Source: the human T2T-CHM13v2.0 reference genome, Homo sapiens
Assembly: GCF_009914755.1 (NCBI RefSeq)
Contig: NC_060930.1
Length of the DNA: 64,000 nucleotides
Strand: one strand, 5' to 3'
Shown here: positions 13,991-28,090 of the stretch, in pieces
Layout of the letters: each line of letters starts with the position of its first letter
How positions within the stretch are numbered: position 1 is the stretch's first letter
Made by a program: the position numbers and the translations under genes
Notes under the pieces: model-generated
Told to the model about the DNA's origin: nothing
What the model saw: only the letters and a program-made list of their open reading frames with translations
Database searches by the model: none

Positions 13991-14672
13991 CCCACTTTTC
14001 TTATGACTGGAAAAGACAAAATATATTTCTAGCTCTGGACAGGAAAAGGATACCAGATGCATAGAGTCACAGAGCATTAGGACTCACCCATCTCTGTGGA
14101 TCAGAGCCCAAAGCCTTTATTTTTTAGATAAAGATGGTGAAGTGACCTTCCCCTGCTCACTGGAGGCAAAGTAAGTCTCATACCAAGGTCTCCTGTTTCT
14201 CAGTCCTAAGAGCATCATTCTAAGTCATGCTGCCTTTCCAATACTTTGTGGGGACCCCAATACCTCTCCTCCAGTGTGAGGAAGTGAAATAGACCAGGAC
14301 AAACTTCCTGACTGGTGGTTGGTGACATTTAGGTTATAGAGAATGGTTTGCAACTTACTTAATACTTTTTCAAAGTGCTACTTTCACTTCCATCTTACTG
14401 TTGGATCCTCACAAAAGCCCTGTGAAATATTTAAGGAAAGTATCTTCCCTATTTGGCAGATGGTGGGACGGAGAGGTGGAGACCAGAGAGCAAAAAGTGA
14501 CCAGGGAACTCTTGGAAAAGCATGAACTAGAATTGAGACTTTCTGGTCCTCTGACCCACCTCCCATCTGGGATACAGAGATGTGTGAGTCAGGGAGACAT
14601 GGCTTAGGCAAGACAAAGATGCAAGAGTCACAGGACAGCACAGGTGGGGCAGGGTTCCGGTTCAGGCCTCAC

Positions 14673-14903
14673 CGTCAGGAGCTCCCTTGCTGGCCTCTCA
14701 TTCTTCTCCTCCAGTTCTTCAATAAGAGCACTAAACCGGCAGATCTCCCCAGCAACCAGCAAATCAAATTCATCCCGTTGCCTCAAGATGTCCCCATCCT
14801 GGCTCTCCAATTGTGCTAAGAGGATGCTCTGCTGTTCCTCTAGAAACTTCCTCAGGTGTGCGAACTCAGAAATCACCTGTTGTCTCTTGGTGGACACCTG
14901 AGT
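14673..14903 (-). CDS. TRIM10: TRIM10 coding exon 3 (231 bp, coiled coil)
   Basis: cctcag|ACTCAGGTG...CTGACG|gtgagg; matches ORF 14628..14897. Confidence 0.95.
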
Positions 14904-15423
14904 CTGAGGGGGCAGGAGGCAAGCCCAAGAGAAAGTTTGCTTCCTCCTTCTCCCTCTGCTCCTCTTCCTCCCCTGTCCCCAGGTAGATCTGGAACTGTGT
15001 CATGGTTTCCTTTTCACTTGTCATCCCATTTCGAGAAGCAAGACTCACAGTGTTGTCTCAGCACCATCTGCTGCAGCTTCTAAAAGGGGTAGGGCTTACA
15101 GGAGGTGTAGGAGGAGGTGGTGGGGACACCCTACCTCCTGTCTTGTATGAAAAGCACATTATGTGCACAGCCCTGAGCTACTTTACAGTCACAATCTCAT
15201 TTAATGCTTACAGTAATTCAATGAGGTCATGATGATTTTTACTCTCCATTTTACAGATAAGTAAACTGAAGTTGGAGAGTTGCTTGAGGTCATAGAGTTA
15301 GTGTCAGAGTCAGGATTTAAACTCATAATAACTTCAAAGCCCTATAATCTATGTTGCCTCAGTTTCAGGAAGACACTGGACCCTGAGGAAGGGGAGGAAC
15401 CTGGGGAAGGGGTGATGACTTAC

Positions 15424-15519
15424 CAGGAGGACTTGCATCCTTTTATTTTCTCTTGACTGGATTTCTTGAATCTCCTCTCTCTCTTTTCTTAGACATTTAA
15501 GACACTTATGGATTTGTTC
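15424..15519 (-). CDS. TRIM10: TRIM10 coding exon 2 (96 bp)
   Basis: ccccag|GAACAAATC...GTCCTCCTG|gtaagt; EQIHKCLKCLRKERE. Confidence 0.95.
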
Positions 15520-16703
15520 CTGGGGAGAAGGAACATAAAATACTCAAGATGGAAAATGATTTGTTCAGGTTTGTCTGGTCATCTGACCCTCTGCCTCCAG
15601 GAATGAAATGGCCCCAGGAGAGGAGTCCCTTCCTTAGCTGACAATCCCCGAGCCTTCACCACCCTGACAGCTTACTCCCTTTGGGTCTTCTTCCTCTTGA
15701 TTTGTCTCTAAGACTTTGGATCAGGACTTTCCCCCTTTATCCTGTGCCATTAGAGGCTGTGACTTGGTTTTCCCACTTGAGTCTTTCTTCAGGTTTAACA
15801 TTCTATTGTGTTTTGCTTCGGGTAAGTGGTATCTGGGGTCTGTACTGAGTTTGATATGCCCCGCACTGAAATCATTCTGAGTTTCCGACTCATCCCAAAG
15901 GAACATGTGTAAATAACAACCCTCCCTTGTTACTGAAATCAATTATCTGTGTATGACTCCAGAGGGGAGAAGAAACTTGGGTAATGTAAAAATAATTGAT
16001 AAATTGTTTTCAAAATTATTTGCTCCAGAATAGAGTTAGGAACAGGTACACACACGATAAATATGTGTGTTCAAAGATATATTAGAATTCTCACTATCAA
16101 CTGCTAATTAACTAATTAAGACATCCACACACAGACTTGTACTAAAACATAATTCATAAGCACAATGCATAAACAACTAAAACCAGCACACATTCATTTA
16201 ATGACAGATAAAATGGCATGCCACATACATTTACCCAGCCTGAATATATGTAAACACGAATTTATTCACAAACAGGAGCTCTCAGTTACACTTACACACT
16301 CAAATATATACATACTCAGACTCCCATCCAAACACACCAGACACACTTCTAAACATGCAAACATTAACACATATACACACTGTTTGTACAATCATTCCCT
16401 CAAATGCAAACTTCAGACACACCTGATCCATGGCACAGACACACACACTCATGTTTGGTCACTCATTCATTCAACAAGTACTTGTTGAACTCCCGTTATC
16501 TGTTGGCCACAAGTGAACACAGAACACACTCAAAAAAACATAAAACATAAACACAATTTTCCATGCCTGGGTCTATTGCCTGGGTGATCATGTAAGTAAG
16601 GAGAAAGAATTTGGCCTCCGGGTGGCCTAAATAATCCACAACTCTGCTGTTTCTCTTAGTCCAGTCCAGTCCACCCTGGGATCCCCCAGTTCCCCTTTCC
16701 TAC

Positions 16704-17132
16704 CCTATAGGGAGCCGCTGCATCCTCCAGGAAGCGCATGGTGTGGGTAGCGTGCTCCCCAGCCTCCCGGCACACCACGCACAACTGCATCTCATCATCC
16801 TCACAGAAGAAGTAGATCTTCTCTCCGTGCTCTTGGCAGACATCCTCCTCTCCCAAACCCAGTGTGGACACCAGCTGGAGGCGCTCAATGTTCTCCACCA
16901 CGTTAGCCAGCTGCCAGTTGGGCCGGAAGCTCCCAGGACGGAAGGGTTCTTTGCAGAGTGGGCAAGTAGGGGACTCCTCCAGGTCTGGGCCTGGTATCTC
17001 ACAGTAGCGGGTAAGGCAGGCCCGGCAGAAGTTGTGGCCGCAGTCGATAGTGACCGGCTCCCTCAGGGTACCCTGACAGATGGGGCAGTTGACTTCATCT
17101 GCCAGGCTGGTCACAGAGGCAGCAGAGGCCAT
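16704..17132 (-). CDS. TRIM10: TRIM10 coding exon 1 (RING + B-box 2)
   Basis: MASAASVTSLADEVNCPIC...C3HC4 RING, B-box CQEHGEK...H; donor AGG|gtagga; 429 bp. Confidence 0.97.
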
Positions 17133-17768
17133 GCTGGTCCTGCTGCTATGGCTTCCTCAAGGCCACTCTCTCTGCTTGGCCACGGGGGAAGGGCTGGGTC
17201 ACACACTCACACACCCACACATGCACATGGCTGGACACAGGCACATACTAAATATGCACCAGCACCCATATCGTCACACACTTGCATCTCTGGCAGCCAG
17301 GGTTCTATTCTCCTGCCAACAGCAGAGATGGGAAATAGCAGAGGAGAGGAAGGAAGAGGGGCTCACAGCATTTCAGAGGTGACCTTAGATGACCATAACC
17401 AGGGGCTGGCCATTCCTTTCTGCCCATCCAGAGACACTCACAGTAGAAGGAAAGTGGTGATATGTCAGCTGTCCACTGTCAGAAGAAATATTCTTTTGGG
17501 GGCAAGTGGGAGACTGGGTCACAGAGTGGAGATGCCATTCCAGCCTTTCTGCCATATGGCCAGCTGTCTCCAAAGAGATTGGAGGTATCAGCCAGCCCAG
17601 GGCTTGCCCATCAGCAAGCAGGAGAGTGTGGGGGCTCAGATAAGGTCCTTGTGCCAGGGTGTACACTGCACCAGCAACTTCAATGGTGATGCCTCAACTG
17701 GCCTGCTGCAGGCCTCAAAAGAGGCTGGAATATTCCCTATGATGGGGAGGAGAAAGAAAACTACTAAC

Positions 17769-17872
17769 GGCCAGAATTTATTTACAATGACGGTACAACT
17801 TACATTGATACAAGCAATTTGGCCAGAATTTATTTACAATGACGGTACAACTTACATTGATACAAGCAATTT
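17769..17872. repeat. Perfect 52-bp tandem duplication
   Basis: ggccagaatttatttacaatgacggtacaacttacattgatacaagcaattt at 17769-17820 and 17821-17872. Confidence 0.97.
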
Positions 17873-18039
17873 AAAAGTATGATCTTATTTCTGTGTCTGC
17901 TCTGCAACATCAGTGCTATTAGGATCTCCATTTCATAAATGAGAAAGCTGAGGCCCAGCCAGGTTATTCAGCTTGCCCTAGGCACACAAGTAAGAAGGTG
18001 AGTGACCATAAATAATTTGCTGTCAGATCTGTCTTCCGA

Positions 18040-18700
<661 letters not shown>

Positions 18701-19194
18701 TTCCTGGGCTGCACTCGTGGCAGGAAGAGCAGAGATTGGATGGGAAGGGGAGGTAATAAAGTGATTAGAGTAAAAAGGGAGCAACCACAAGGGGCTAGGC
18801 TGATCACCCAGTGGGAGAATGGGGGAAGGCCTGGTTTTATCCACAGATGTGTGCATGGGTGAAGGACCGTGGCTGCAGATCTTGGTCTTGGCATGAGGTG
18901 TGGGAGGAGCGTAGGGCTTTAAGCCAGGAGACTGGGATCGTCCTTAACGTGATACTTTCTAGCTTTGTGACCTTTGGAAAGTCACTTTACATTTGGAAAG
19001 TCAGTTTACATTTCTTTCTCTGTAAAATGAAGGTAATAATGTTTGCCTAGAGGGTTATTAAAATTGAATGTAGTAATATAAAAATACTAAACCCTAGATA
19101 AATGTGGTTGAAACTGATTATCTGACTAATCGTTTTCTAATGTGTATCAACATAAATCATTTGCATTATGGTTTCTTGCCTTCTCCCCGCTACA

Positions 19195-19197
<3 letters not shown>

Positions 19198-19236
<39 letters not shown>

Positions 19237-19240
19237 AATA
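19198..19240. repeat. (AAAT)n microsatellite upstream of TRIM15
   Basis: About 10 perfect units. Confidence 0.92.
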
Positions 19241-19943
19241 GTCCAGTGTTACCCGAACCCCAAAGGGGACTGTTGTGCCAGGTGGTGGGGGATTTGGGAC
19301 CGTAGGAGGGGCCACCATGGGCAGATGTGGTGAGGGAGGAAAGGAGAGCAGAAGAGGGGACCCGATGAGCAATCCTTACACCCTACCTGCAGTGTCGAAA
19401 CAGCGTCCCGCCCACACACTTCCGGCAGAATCTCCCGAAGTCCACACCTCTCACTCCAGCCTGGACTTTGATGCTGTGGGCACGCCTCAGAGCCAGAAGT
19501 TTATGGCTCCCACCTGCTCAATCTGACAGGAAGCTTCTGCTCCCCAGTTCTCCCCAGCCACTGTGGTCTACAGATTCCAGGAAACCCATCCCCCTGTGAC
19601 CTCATGGTGTGCTCTGTTCTCCACCCTAGGGACCAGAAGGAGCCAGGAGTAAAGAACTGGCTTACTTGGCCGCCACTGGGAAATTCTGGGTAATTCGAGA
19701 CGCCCTGGAATTTGGACCCACTCCGCTGATAGGTGGTGGCCAGGGTTCTAGGGAACACAAGAGGCGGAGCCAGGTGGCTTCCCTGTGCTGGCATTCTTGC
19801 CTCTCTCTCTCTTTCTCTCTCTCTGTCTCTCAGCCTTGCAGCCGTTTCCCTCTGCGATTCATGTAAGTGTGACTCGATTTCAGGGAAAGGGAACTCGCGT
19901 GGGCTGAGGAGACCGGAGTGGACGGGCTGGGGAAGGCACCGTG

Positions 19944-20324
19944 ATGCCCGCAACCCCGTCCCTGAAGGTGGTCCATGAGCTGCCTGCCTGTACCCTATGT
20001 GCGGGGCCGCTGGAGGATGCGGTGACCATTCCCTGTGGACACACCTTCTGCCGGCTCTGCCTCCCCGCGCTCTCCCAGATGGGGGCCCAATCCTCGGGCA
20101 AGATCCTGCTCTGCCCGCTCTGCCAAGAGGAGGAGCAGGCAGAGACTCCCATGGCCCCTGTGCCCCTGGGCCCGCTGGGAGAAACTTACTGCGAGGAGCA
20201 CGGCGAGAAGATCTACTTCTTCTGCGAGAACGATGCCGAGTTCCTCTGTGTGTTCTGCAGGGAGGGTCCCACGCACCAGGCGCACACCGTGGGGTTCCTG
20301 GACGAGGCCATTCAGCCCTACCGG
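19944..20324 (+). CDS. TRIM15: TRIM15 coding exon 1 (RING + B-box 2)
   Basis: [19 protein letters not shown]...; donor CGG|gtaaga; 381 bp. Confidence 0.97.
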
Positions 20325-21368
20325 GTAAGAAGTGTAGCTTTACCTAGGGCCTGTTTGGGGCAGGATGATGTCCTGTTATGAGGGGAGGAAATCGGGCGGG
20401 GATCTGGATGAAAGGCTTCCACATCAGGGAACCCTAAGGTTACAGGGACTTTCGAGGCATTCCCAGACTGAAGGCAGATAGGGCTCCACTTGGATGTGTG
20501 GTAGTTCCTGGTCTGGGGGGAACTTCAGCTCCAGCTCTCAGAGGACCCCACAGAGGTGGAGTGCAAAGAACTGTAGCCTTGGCTTCACTCACTATGGAAA
20601 GAAAGCTCCAATGCCGAGTGGGATCTTCTGCAGATTATGGGCAGGGTAAACTTGTTCTCCCAGGATCCAGACTGGAAATGGGGTTTATAGGGCCCTGACT
20701 GCCAGGGCGCAGAGGGGAGGGAGGAGCTGGGAAGGGGAACCTGCTAGCACTGCTCTTCTTCTTGAGAAAGGGAGGGTGGCAGTAGTCCAGAATTGTGAGA
20801 ATTCCCCATCTGGCCTTGGGGCACTTTCCTGTCAGCCTCTCAGATCTCTCTCTTGTCATCCAGTCACCAGGTCTGGAAGTGGTTACCTTAGAAACATCTC
20901 CCAAATCTTTAATTCTGCCTTATCCTCACAGCCAGGTTCTCCCTATCTCTTGCGCAGACTTTGCAGTCTCCATGGCATTTCCTGTCTCCATTCTCACCCT
21001 TTCCAGTCACCTTCCAATCTGCTGGGAGACAGATCCTCCTAAAACACAAAGTCACTCATCTGCACAAAATCCTCCCATGTATACCTAGTGCCCAAAGAAA
21101 GTCCAAGGTCTTTAGCAAGACATTCAAGGCCCTTTGCAGTCGGGATCCTTCCTCCCTGTCCGGCCTCATCGCTCAGCCTCCCTCCTCAAGGCACCACGTG
21201 TCTGGCCAGACTGAGCTGCACTTGCTGTTTTTTCCTGAGTTGTCTTATTCATTCCTGCTTCCAATACTTTTTGCACATAGTCTCTTCCTCCTAGAATACT
21301 CTTCTCCCTTCCTCCCACCTCTCTCTCTGTTTTTAAGTATACAATTCAGGGGCACTAAGTCCTTTTCT

Positions 21369-23084
21369 TTTTTTTTTTATTATACATGTTCTGGGATACA
21401 TATGCAGAACGTGCAGGTTTGTTACATAGGTATATACGTGCCATGGTGGTTTGCTGCACCCATCAATCCATCATCTACATTAGGTATTTCTCCTAATGGT
21501 ATCCCTCCCCTAGTCCCCCAAGCCCTGACAGGCCCCGATGTGTGATGTTCCCCTCCCTGTGTCCATGTGTTCTCATTGTTCACCTCCCACTTATGAGTAA
21601 GAACATGTGGTGTTTGGTTTTCTGTTCCTGTGTTAGTTTGCTGAGAATGATGGTTTCCAGCTTCATCCATATCCCTGCAAAGGACATGAACACATCTTTT
21701 TTATGCCTGCATAGTATTCCATGGCATATATGTGCCATATTTTCTTTATCCAGTCTATCATTGATGGACATTTGGGTTGGTTCCAAGTCTTTGCTATTGT
21801 GAACAGTGCTGCAATAAACATATGTGTGCATGTGTCTTTACAGTAGGATAATTTATAATCCTCTGGGTATATACCCAGTAATGGGATTGCCAGGTCAAAT
21901 GGTATTTCTCATTCTAGATTCTTGAGGAGTTGCCACACTGTCTTCCACAACGGTTGAACTAATTTACACTCCCACCAACATTGTAAAAGCATTCTTATTT
22001 CTCCACATCATCTCCAGCATCTGTTATTTCCTGACTTTTTAATGATCACCATTCTAACTGGTGTGAGATGGTATCTCATTGTGGTTTTGATTTGCATTTC
22101 TCTAATGACCAGTGATGATGAGCTTCTTTTCATAGGTTTGTTGGCCACATAAATGTCTTCTTTTGAGAAGTGTCTGTTCATATCCTTCACCTACTTTTTG
22201 ATGGGGCTGTTTGTTTTTTTCTTGTAAATTTGTTTAAGTTCTTTGTAGATTTTGGATATTAGCCCTTTGTCAGATGGATAGATTGCAAAATGTTTCTCCC
22301 ATTCTGTAGGTTGCCTGTTCACTCTGATGATAGTTTCTTTTGCTGTGCAGAAGCTCTTTCATTTAATTAGATACCATTTGTCAATTTAGGCTTTTGTTGC
22401 CATTGCTTTTGGTGTTCTAGTCATGAAGTCTTTGCCCATGCCTATGTCCTGAATGGTATTGCCTAGGTTTTCTTCTAGGGTTTTTATGGTTTTAGGTCTT
22501 ACGTTTAAGTCTTTAATCCATCTTGAGTTAATTTTTATTTCAGGTGTAAGGAAGGGGTCCAGTTTCAGTTTTCTGCATATGGCTAGCCAGTTTTCCCAAC
22601 ACCATTTATTAAATAGGGAATCCTTTCCCCATTGCTTGTTTTTGTCAGGTTTGTCAAAGATCAGATGGTTGTAGATGTGTGGTGTTATTTCTGAGGCCCT
22701 TCTTCTGTTCCATTTGTCTATATGTCTGTTTTGATACCAGACATATTTGATATCATATACTACAGCCTTGTAGTATAGTTTGAAGTCAGGTAGCATGATG
22801 CCTCCAGCTTCGTTCTTTTTGCTTAAGATTGTATTGGCTATGTGGGCTCTTTATTGGTTCCATATGAAATATAAAGTAGTTTTTTCTAATTCTGTGAAGA
22901 AAGTCAATGGTAGCTTGATAGGGATAACACTGAATCTATAAATTACTTTGGGCAGTATGGCCATTTTCACAATATTGATTCTTCCTATCCATGAGCATGG
23001 AATGTTTTTCCATTTGTCTGTGTTCTCTCTGATTTCCTTGAGCAGTGGTTTGTAGTTCTCCTTGAAGAGGTCCTTCACATCTGT
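21369..23084 (-). mobile_element. 5'-truncated L1PA (about 1.7 kb) in TRIM15 intron 1
   Basis: ORF2 C-terminal peptides and 3'UTR; 19-bp TSD gggcactaagtccttttct at 21350-21368 and 23085-23103. Confidence 0.96.
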
Positions 23085-23434
23085 GGGCACTAAGTCCTTT
23101 TCTCTCCCTCTCTATTCAACTGGAAATTTATCTTTCAAGGCACATTGTAAATGTTTTCTGCTTTCCAAACCTTCCCTTAGGCCTACAGGCAGAGCTGACC
23201 TCTGTGTTCCCATCTCACTGTGTGTACCCCTGGACTATTGCATTTATCTATCTGTATTTTAATCACTTGACATTGACTTCTTCCTGAGATGGTGGTCTCT
23301 TTAGGGCAAGGACTGGGCCTTTTCCACCTTTGAACCCCTCAGCACTCAACAGTGTGCCCAGGATGTGATAGTTAATAATTGTGAGTTGAATTATTAATTC
23401 AGTCACCTCTATCCACCCATTCTTCTCCCCACAG

Positions 23435-23530
23435 GATCGTCTCAGGAGTCGACTGGAAGCTCTGAGCACGGAGAGAGATGAGATTGAGGATGTAAAGTGT
23501 CAAGAAGACCAGAAGCTTCAAGTGCTGCTG
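23435..23530 (+). CDS. TRIM15: TRIM15 coding exon 2 (96 bp)
   Basis: ccacag|GATCGTCTC...CTGCTG|gtacag. Confidence 0.95.
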
Positions 23531-24558
23531 GTACAGGCCACGTCACTGGCTACCTTTTCCTTTGAAGGTTTTCTTAAGAGACTCTGGGGAAACCCGTTGG
23601 CTGGTATCTGTTTCCTGGCTGAAAAGAACTGACAAACTGTTCTCGTTCACCTTCCTGTGGCTGCACAAAGGCATTTGGGATCTCAGACCATGAGCACTAG
23701 AAGTGGTTCTGATGTCTTGCAATCCAAGATCCATCTTGTATATCACATTTTACAGAGCAGAAAACTTAGGACCAGAAAAGCAATGCTCCCAAGGCCACAT
23801 AGCAAAGCTGAAGTTCATGAGGAACCTGGATTTCTTGACCCTTAATTCATTGTTCTTTCCATCCTAGTCTGTTTGCCTGAACACACCACCTTCAGATGGG
23901 AAGCTTGGGGTCAAAAACATATGTTAGTGTCGGGATTCTAGTCCTGACTACAGGCTGACCTTGAGGAGAGTAGGCTGATGGTGTGGCTACATCTGGATCC
24001 CTCACGCCTCTCTTTTCATGCTATAAAGTTATGGAGGAATCACAGTGTGAGGATTTCTGGTACCTTGACCAAGGAGAGAGTGTGGGGACAAAGCAACCTA
24101 TCCACCATCCCTCAGCTCTCATCAACGTATGCCCTGTAGTTGGTGATTTCCACGGCTAAAACCAAAATTACACACTCTCCCACTAAGTTGTGTTGACTCC
24201 AATCACAACTTCCTTTTGCCTCTAAGAAATTATTACAGTCTTCCCCACCTAACTCTAAGAAGGCATAGTAGGGTTATGATGGTATTGTAGTTGTGGAAAT
24301 ATTTTTGAAAAGTTCAACATCATTCTGAGAGCATAATGTAGCATTATTATTAGAGTATCTAGCTAAGACAGTAGCACAGCCCTCATCATTGGTAAGTTCA
24401 TCCTGAGACCTAACTACTTCTAGGCATATTAGTAAATGGAATGAGTCTTGGACCAGTTGCTCCCTATCCCTGTTAATCAATAATAAGTATATAGATGATC
24501 ATCCTGGAAGCTATCTCTGAGCCCCTTCCTAACCATGTCTGCCTTTTATCCCTTGAAG

Positions 24559-24789
24559 ACTCAGATCGAAAGCAAGAAGCATCAGGTGGAAACAGCTTTT
24601 GAGAGGCTGCAGCAGGAGCTGGAGCAGCAGCGATGTCTCCTGCTGGCCAGGCTGAGGGAGCTGGAGCAGCAGATTTGGAAGGAGAGGGATGAATATATCA
24701 CAAAGGTCTCTGAGGAAGTCACCCGGCTTGGAGCCCAGGTCAAGGAGCTGGAGGAGAAGTGTCAGCAGCCAGCAAGTGAGCTTCTACAA
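24559..24789 (+). CDS. TRIM15: TRIM15 coding exon 3 (231 bp, coiled coil)
   Basis: ttgaag|ACTCAGATC...CTACAA|gtgaga; inside ORF 24535..25131. Confidence 0.95.
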
Positions 24790-25499
24790 GTGAGAGACAC
24801 TTCACCACTTTGTAGGATAAGAGAGGGACTCCACGGGGAAGGGGGTGGGCACCATGCTTTGGGCTGGAGAGAGGCAGGAAAGGGAAGTGGAGAGAGGTTA
24901 ACGGGGTGCAGATCCAGAGGGGCTGGAGACTTGCCCAAGTCATACACTGTGGTCATGTTAAGGGGTTTAGGGTCAGACAGTCTTGGATTTGAATGTTGGC
25001 TCTTCCAATTGTGTGACTTGAGTGAGTCTCTTAGCCTCTCTAAACATGGGGACAGCAATAGCACCTCCCTCATAAAGTTATTGCAAAATTATAAGAAACA
25101 ATCCATAAAAAATGCTTGGCATGATTCCTGATATACAGAAAGAACTCAATAACTGGTGTCTGCTATGGTTATGAATATGTGATCCTGGCTCACATCAGGT
25201 CCAGCTGATAACTGAAGGCAGGCCCCTGCTCTCTACCACCTCCTAATCATTGCAGACACAACCCACCCCCACGATAAGGCTGAAACAGGGAAACCAGCAC
25301 AAATGAACTGACTACAGAAACCCAAATTAGTAAGAAAACATGATGTAAAAGAACAATCTAATGAGTAGGTAATTAAACAGGACAACTCTCTGCAGAAGGA
25401 GAGTTTTGAGTTCATATTTTAAGGGAAAAGTGATGTACAGAATCCCTGACAGGAAGGACTTATGGAAACTAAATGTATGTTCTTGTCTTTCTTTTGCAG

Positions 25500-25522
25500 G
25501 ATGTCAGAGTCAACCAGAGCAG
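25500..25522 (+). CDS. TRIM15: TRIM15 coding exon 4 (23 bp)
   Basis: ttgcag|GATGTCAGAGTCAACCAGAGCAG|gtaggg. Confidence 0.93.
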
Positions 25523-26759
25523 GTAGGGCCCACTCCCCGGTCCTGCCTCCTTTTACTCAACATCAAGACTGAATGGGAAGGGGCAGGGGCACTTACTGCC
25601 ACCCACTTTGCCAGGAAAGCAAAGGCACTCTGGCAGACACACTGTCTCATTCAACTGTGCACAAACAGTCCAAACTCACTAAAGATTTGCGTTCTAAAGG
25701 TTCATTTTTAAATTGATTGGTTGGTATTGGGGACACATTTTTTCCCCTAGAAGTGAAGTTATAAATAATAATCATGTTTTTAGGTTGATCCAGGAACATT
25801 TATTTAATCTATGAAATTATTAGTACTTGAGTCAGTATCTAACACCATTTAAAATGTAATTTAAAGGGGGAATACTTTCTGTAGACTATGATAAGCATGG
25901 AAACCAGGAATACCAGCCTGTTCTTTCATTCATTCATTTTTTACACACATCTCTGGTTTCCTTCAGAATTTTCTAATGCTACTGTAAAAGGACAGCCACC
26001 AGGAGCCAGTGGCATTGTAAATGCATGGCCCTTTCCTTCCCTGTCTGCTATAAGCATTAGCAGTCTGCACTGAGATGAAGAGAGGTGTAGTGACTAGGGA
26101 ACAATTGTCACGTGCTTTGTGCCTATTCCCGTGCAGGGAGGATAAACCCAGGGTCCATGAATCAGGAAGTGTCTCCAAACATGCTTTTCAAAGAGCATTA
26201 GAGGTTTAGATCTAGAAGGGCTTGGAGGTCTTCCAGTCTGAGGAAGAAACTGAGACCCAGGGGGTGAAGAGTCTTCAAGGTAATGCAGCAAGTGTCTAAT
26301 GAGGACTGAGCTGGGACCAGAATCAGGAGTTTTTTTCATTGCAATATGTATTTTCGTTGATCCTTTTTTTTTCTTCCCTTCTAGCCTCTTTTCCTTTACA
26401 AATAGCAGCATACACAAGGGTAGTTTAAGGCTGTTTTCAAATGGTACCCTGTTGCCCTCTAGAGACCAAAAGGGGTAATGATCTCTGTCCCTCAGCCCCT
26501 ACAGAACCAAACATTCTCCTAAAGGGGCTTACCTCCAATTCTTGAGAAGTGATTATCCTTAGTTCCTCTTAGGTTTAACTGAAATGCCTACTATTTTAGT
26601 AACTACACATTTCCAGCAAAAGTAAAGAAATGATACTCAATTTGATTATTCACCACAGACGCCAAGATCATTCTTTAGTCTGATTTTAGCCTCACGTGGT
26701 CTCACCCGAACATTTGTTTTTGGAATTTGGACCTAACTGGTTACCAAACCTGTCTGCAG

Positions 26760-26875
26760 GTGTGAGATGAAGACTTTTGTGAGTCCTGAGGCCATTTCTC
26801 CTGACCTTGTCAAGAAGATCCGTGATTTCCACAGGAAAATACTCACCCTCCCAGAGATGATGAGGATGTTCTCAG
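26760..26875 (+). CDS. TRIM15: TRIM15 coding exon 5 (116 bp)
   Basis: ctgcag|GTGTGAGATG...TTCTCAG|gtaaag. Confidence 0.95.
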
Positions 26876-27234
26876 GTAAAGGGGAAGGCGCCACAGTTTT
26901 CCCCAGTCCCATTAGCTGCCCTCCTGTCTTCCACCCATCTCCATCCTTCTCTGCCCTTGAAACCTGGCTCGAGACATCTTCCCTCCCCAGAGCCTTCCCT
27001 TAGTGATCTCAATTTATTCAGGGGCACTATTCCCAGAGCATCTCCTCCACTCCCTAAGGACAGGTGCAGGACTGAGAGTCCAGGAGGGTGAGGACCCTTC
27101 TCCTCCACTAGACCACAGCAGAAGCCGAGTCTTCTGTCCTCATCTTCACATTGTACTCAAGTCACCTTGCCCCTGGGGGTGCCTATAAGAAGTAATAAGT
27201 CACAGATCTCTCTTTCTATTTCTGCTTCCCTCAG

Positions 27235-27267
27235 AAAACTTGGCGCATCATCTGGAAATAGATTCAG
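27235..27267 (+). CDS. TRIM15: TRIM15 coding exon 6 (33 bp)
   Basis: cctcag|AAAACTTGGCG...GATTCAG|gtaaac. Confidence 0.93.
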
Positions 27268-28090
27268 GTAAACAGCTTGGGATTTGGGGAGTCATTCTTC
27301 CATTCATCCATTCAATCCATGGCAGCAAACAGAGCAATAAAATGCATGAATTCTGGAGCTTGATTGCTTGAGTTCTCGATTCCAGTTCTTGCTAGCTCTG
27401 AGACACTGGGCAAGTTATTAAGCCTCTGTCCCACAATATTTTCTTCATCAGTAAAATGAAAATAAAAGTACTGTACCTGTCCCATAAGTAGCTGTGAGGA
27501 CAAAATAAATTAATACATGCAAAGAGCTTAGTATATTACCTGACTCATAGTAAGTGCTCAATTAATGTCATCTACTTGTGTAGATATTACTCGTTGAAAA
27601 ATACTTATCAAGCCCTAGTTTTTTGAGAGCATTGTGCTGGGCTCTCTACTGATTTGAACAAAAAATGTGCAATTTTTTAAAAATCACATTTATTTTTAAA
27701 TTGGTGCTTAATTTAGAAGTTGTTTCCATAAGCATCACCTCACTCACTCTGGTATAGGTAAGTGCTTTTCAAACTTAATATGCAGAAACGTCTCCTAGGG
27801 ATCCTGTTAAAATGCAGATTCTGATTTAGTAGGGTGGGATGGGGCCCAATATTCTGCATTTCTAACAAACACCCAGGTGGTGGGGATGCTGCTGGTCCCT
27901 CCCGCTGCACTTTGAGAAGCAAATCCTTAACAGCACCACTTGCTGATTAGGTAGAAGGGCGGTTCAGAGAAGTGGCCCAATGGCAGGCTGCCCAAGTCCA
28001 GTACTCCTTCTGCCTCCCACGTGCGTTGCCTGCTCTAGGAACATCTGTGGTTGCCGCCCGCTGTTGATGTCTGCGCGCTCCTCCCTCTAG

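Noticed and set aside
16743-17882. 379-aa plus-strand ORF antisense to TRIM10 exon 1 and promoter, the longest ORF in the window
   Set aside because: GTG start, first third mirrors TRIM10 codons, crosses the 52-bp duplication, and has no recognisable domain; would need Ribo-seq or conservation evidence
20961-21545. 194-aa intronic ORF
   Set aside because: Runs through repeat sequence into an L1 3'UTR; low complexity
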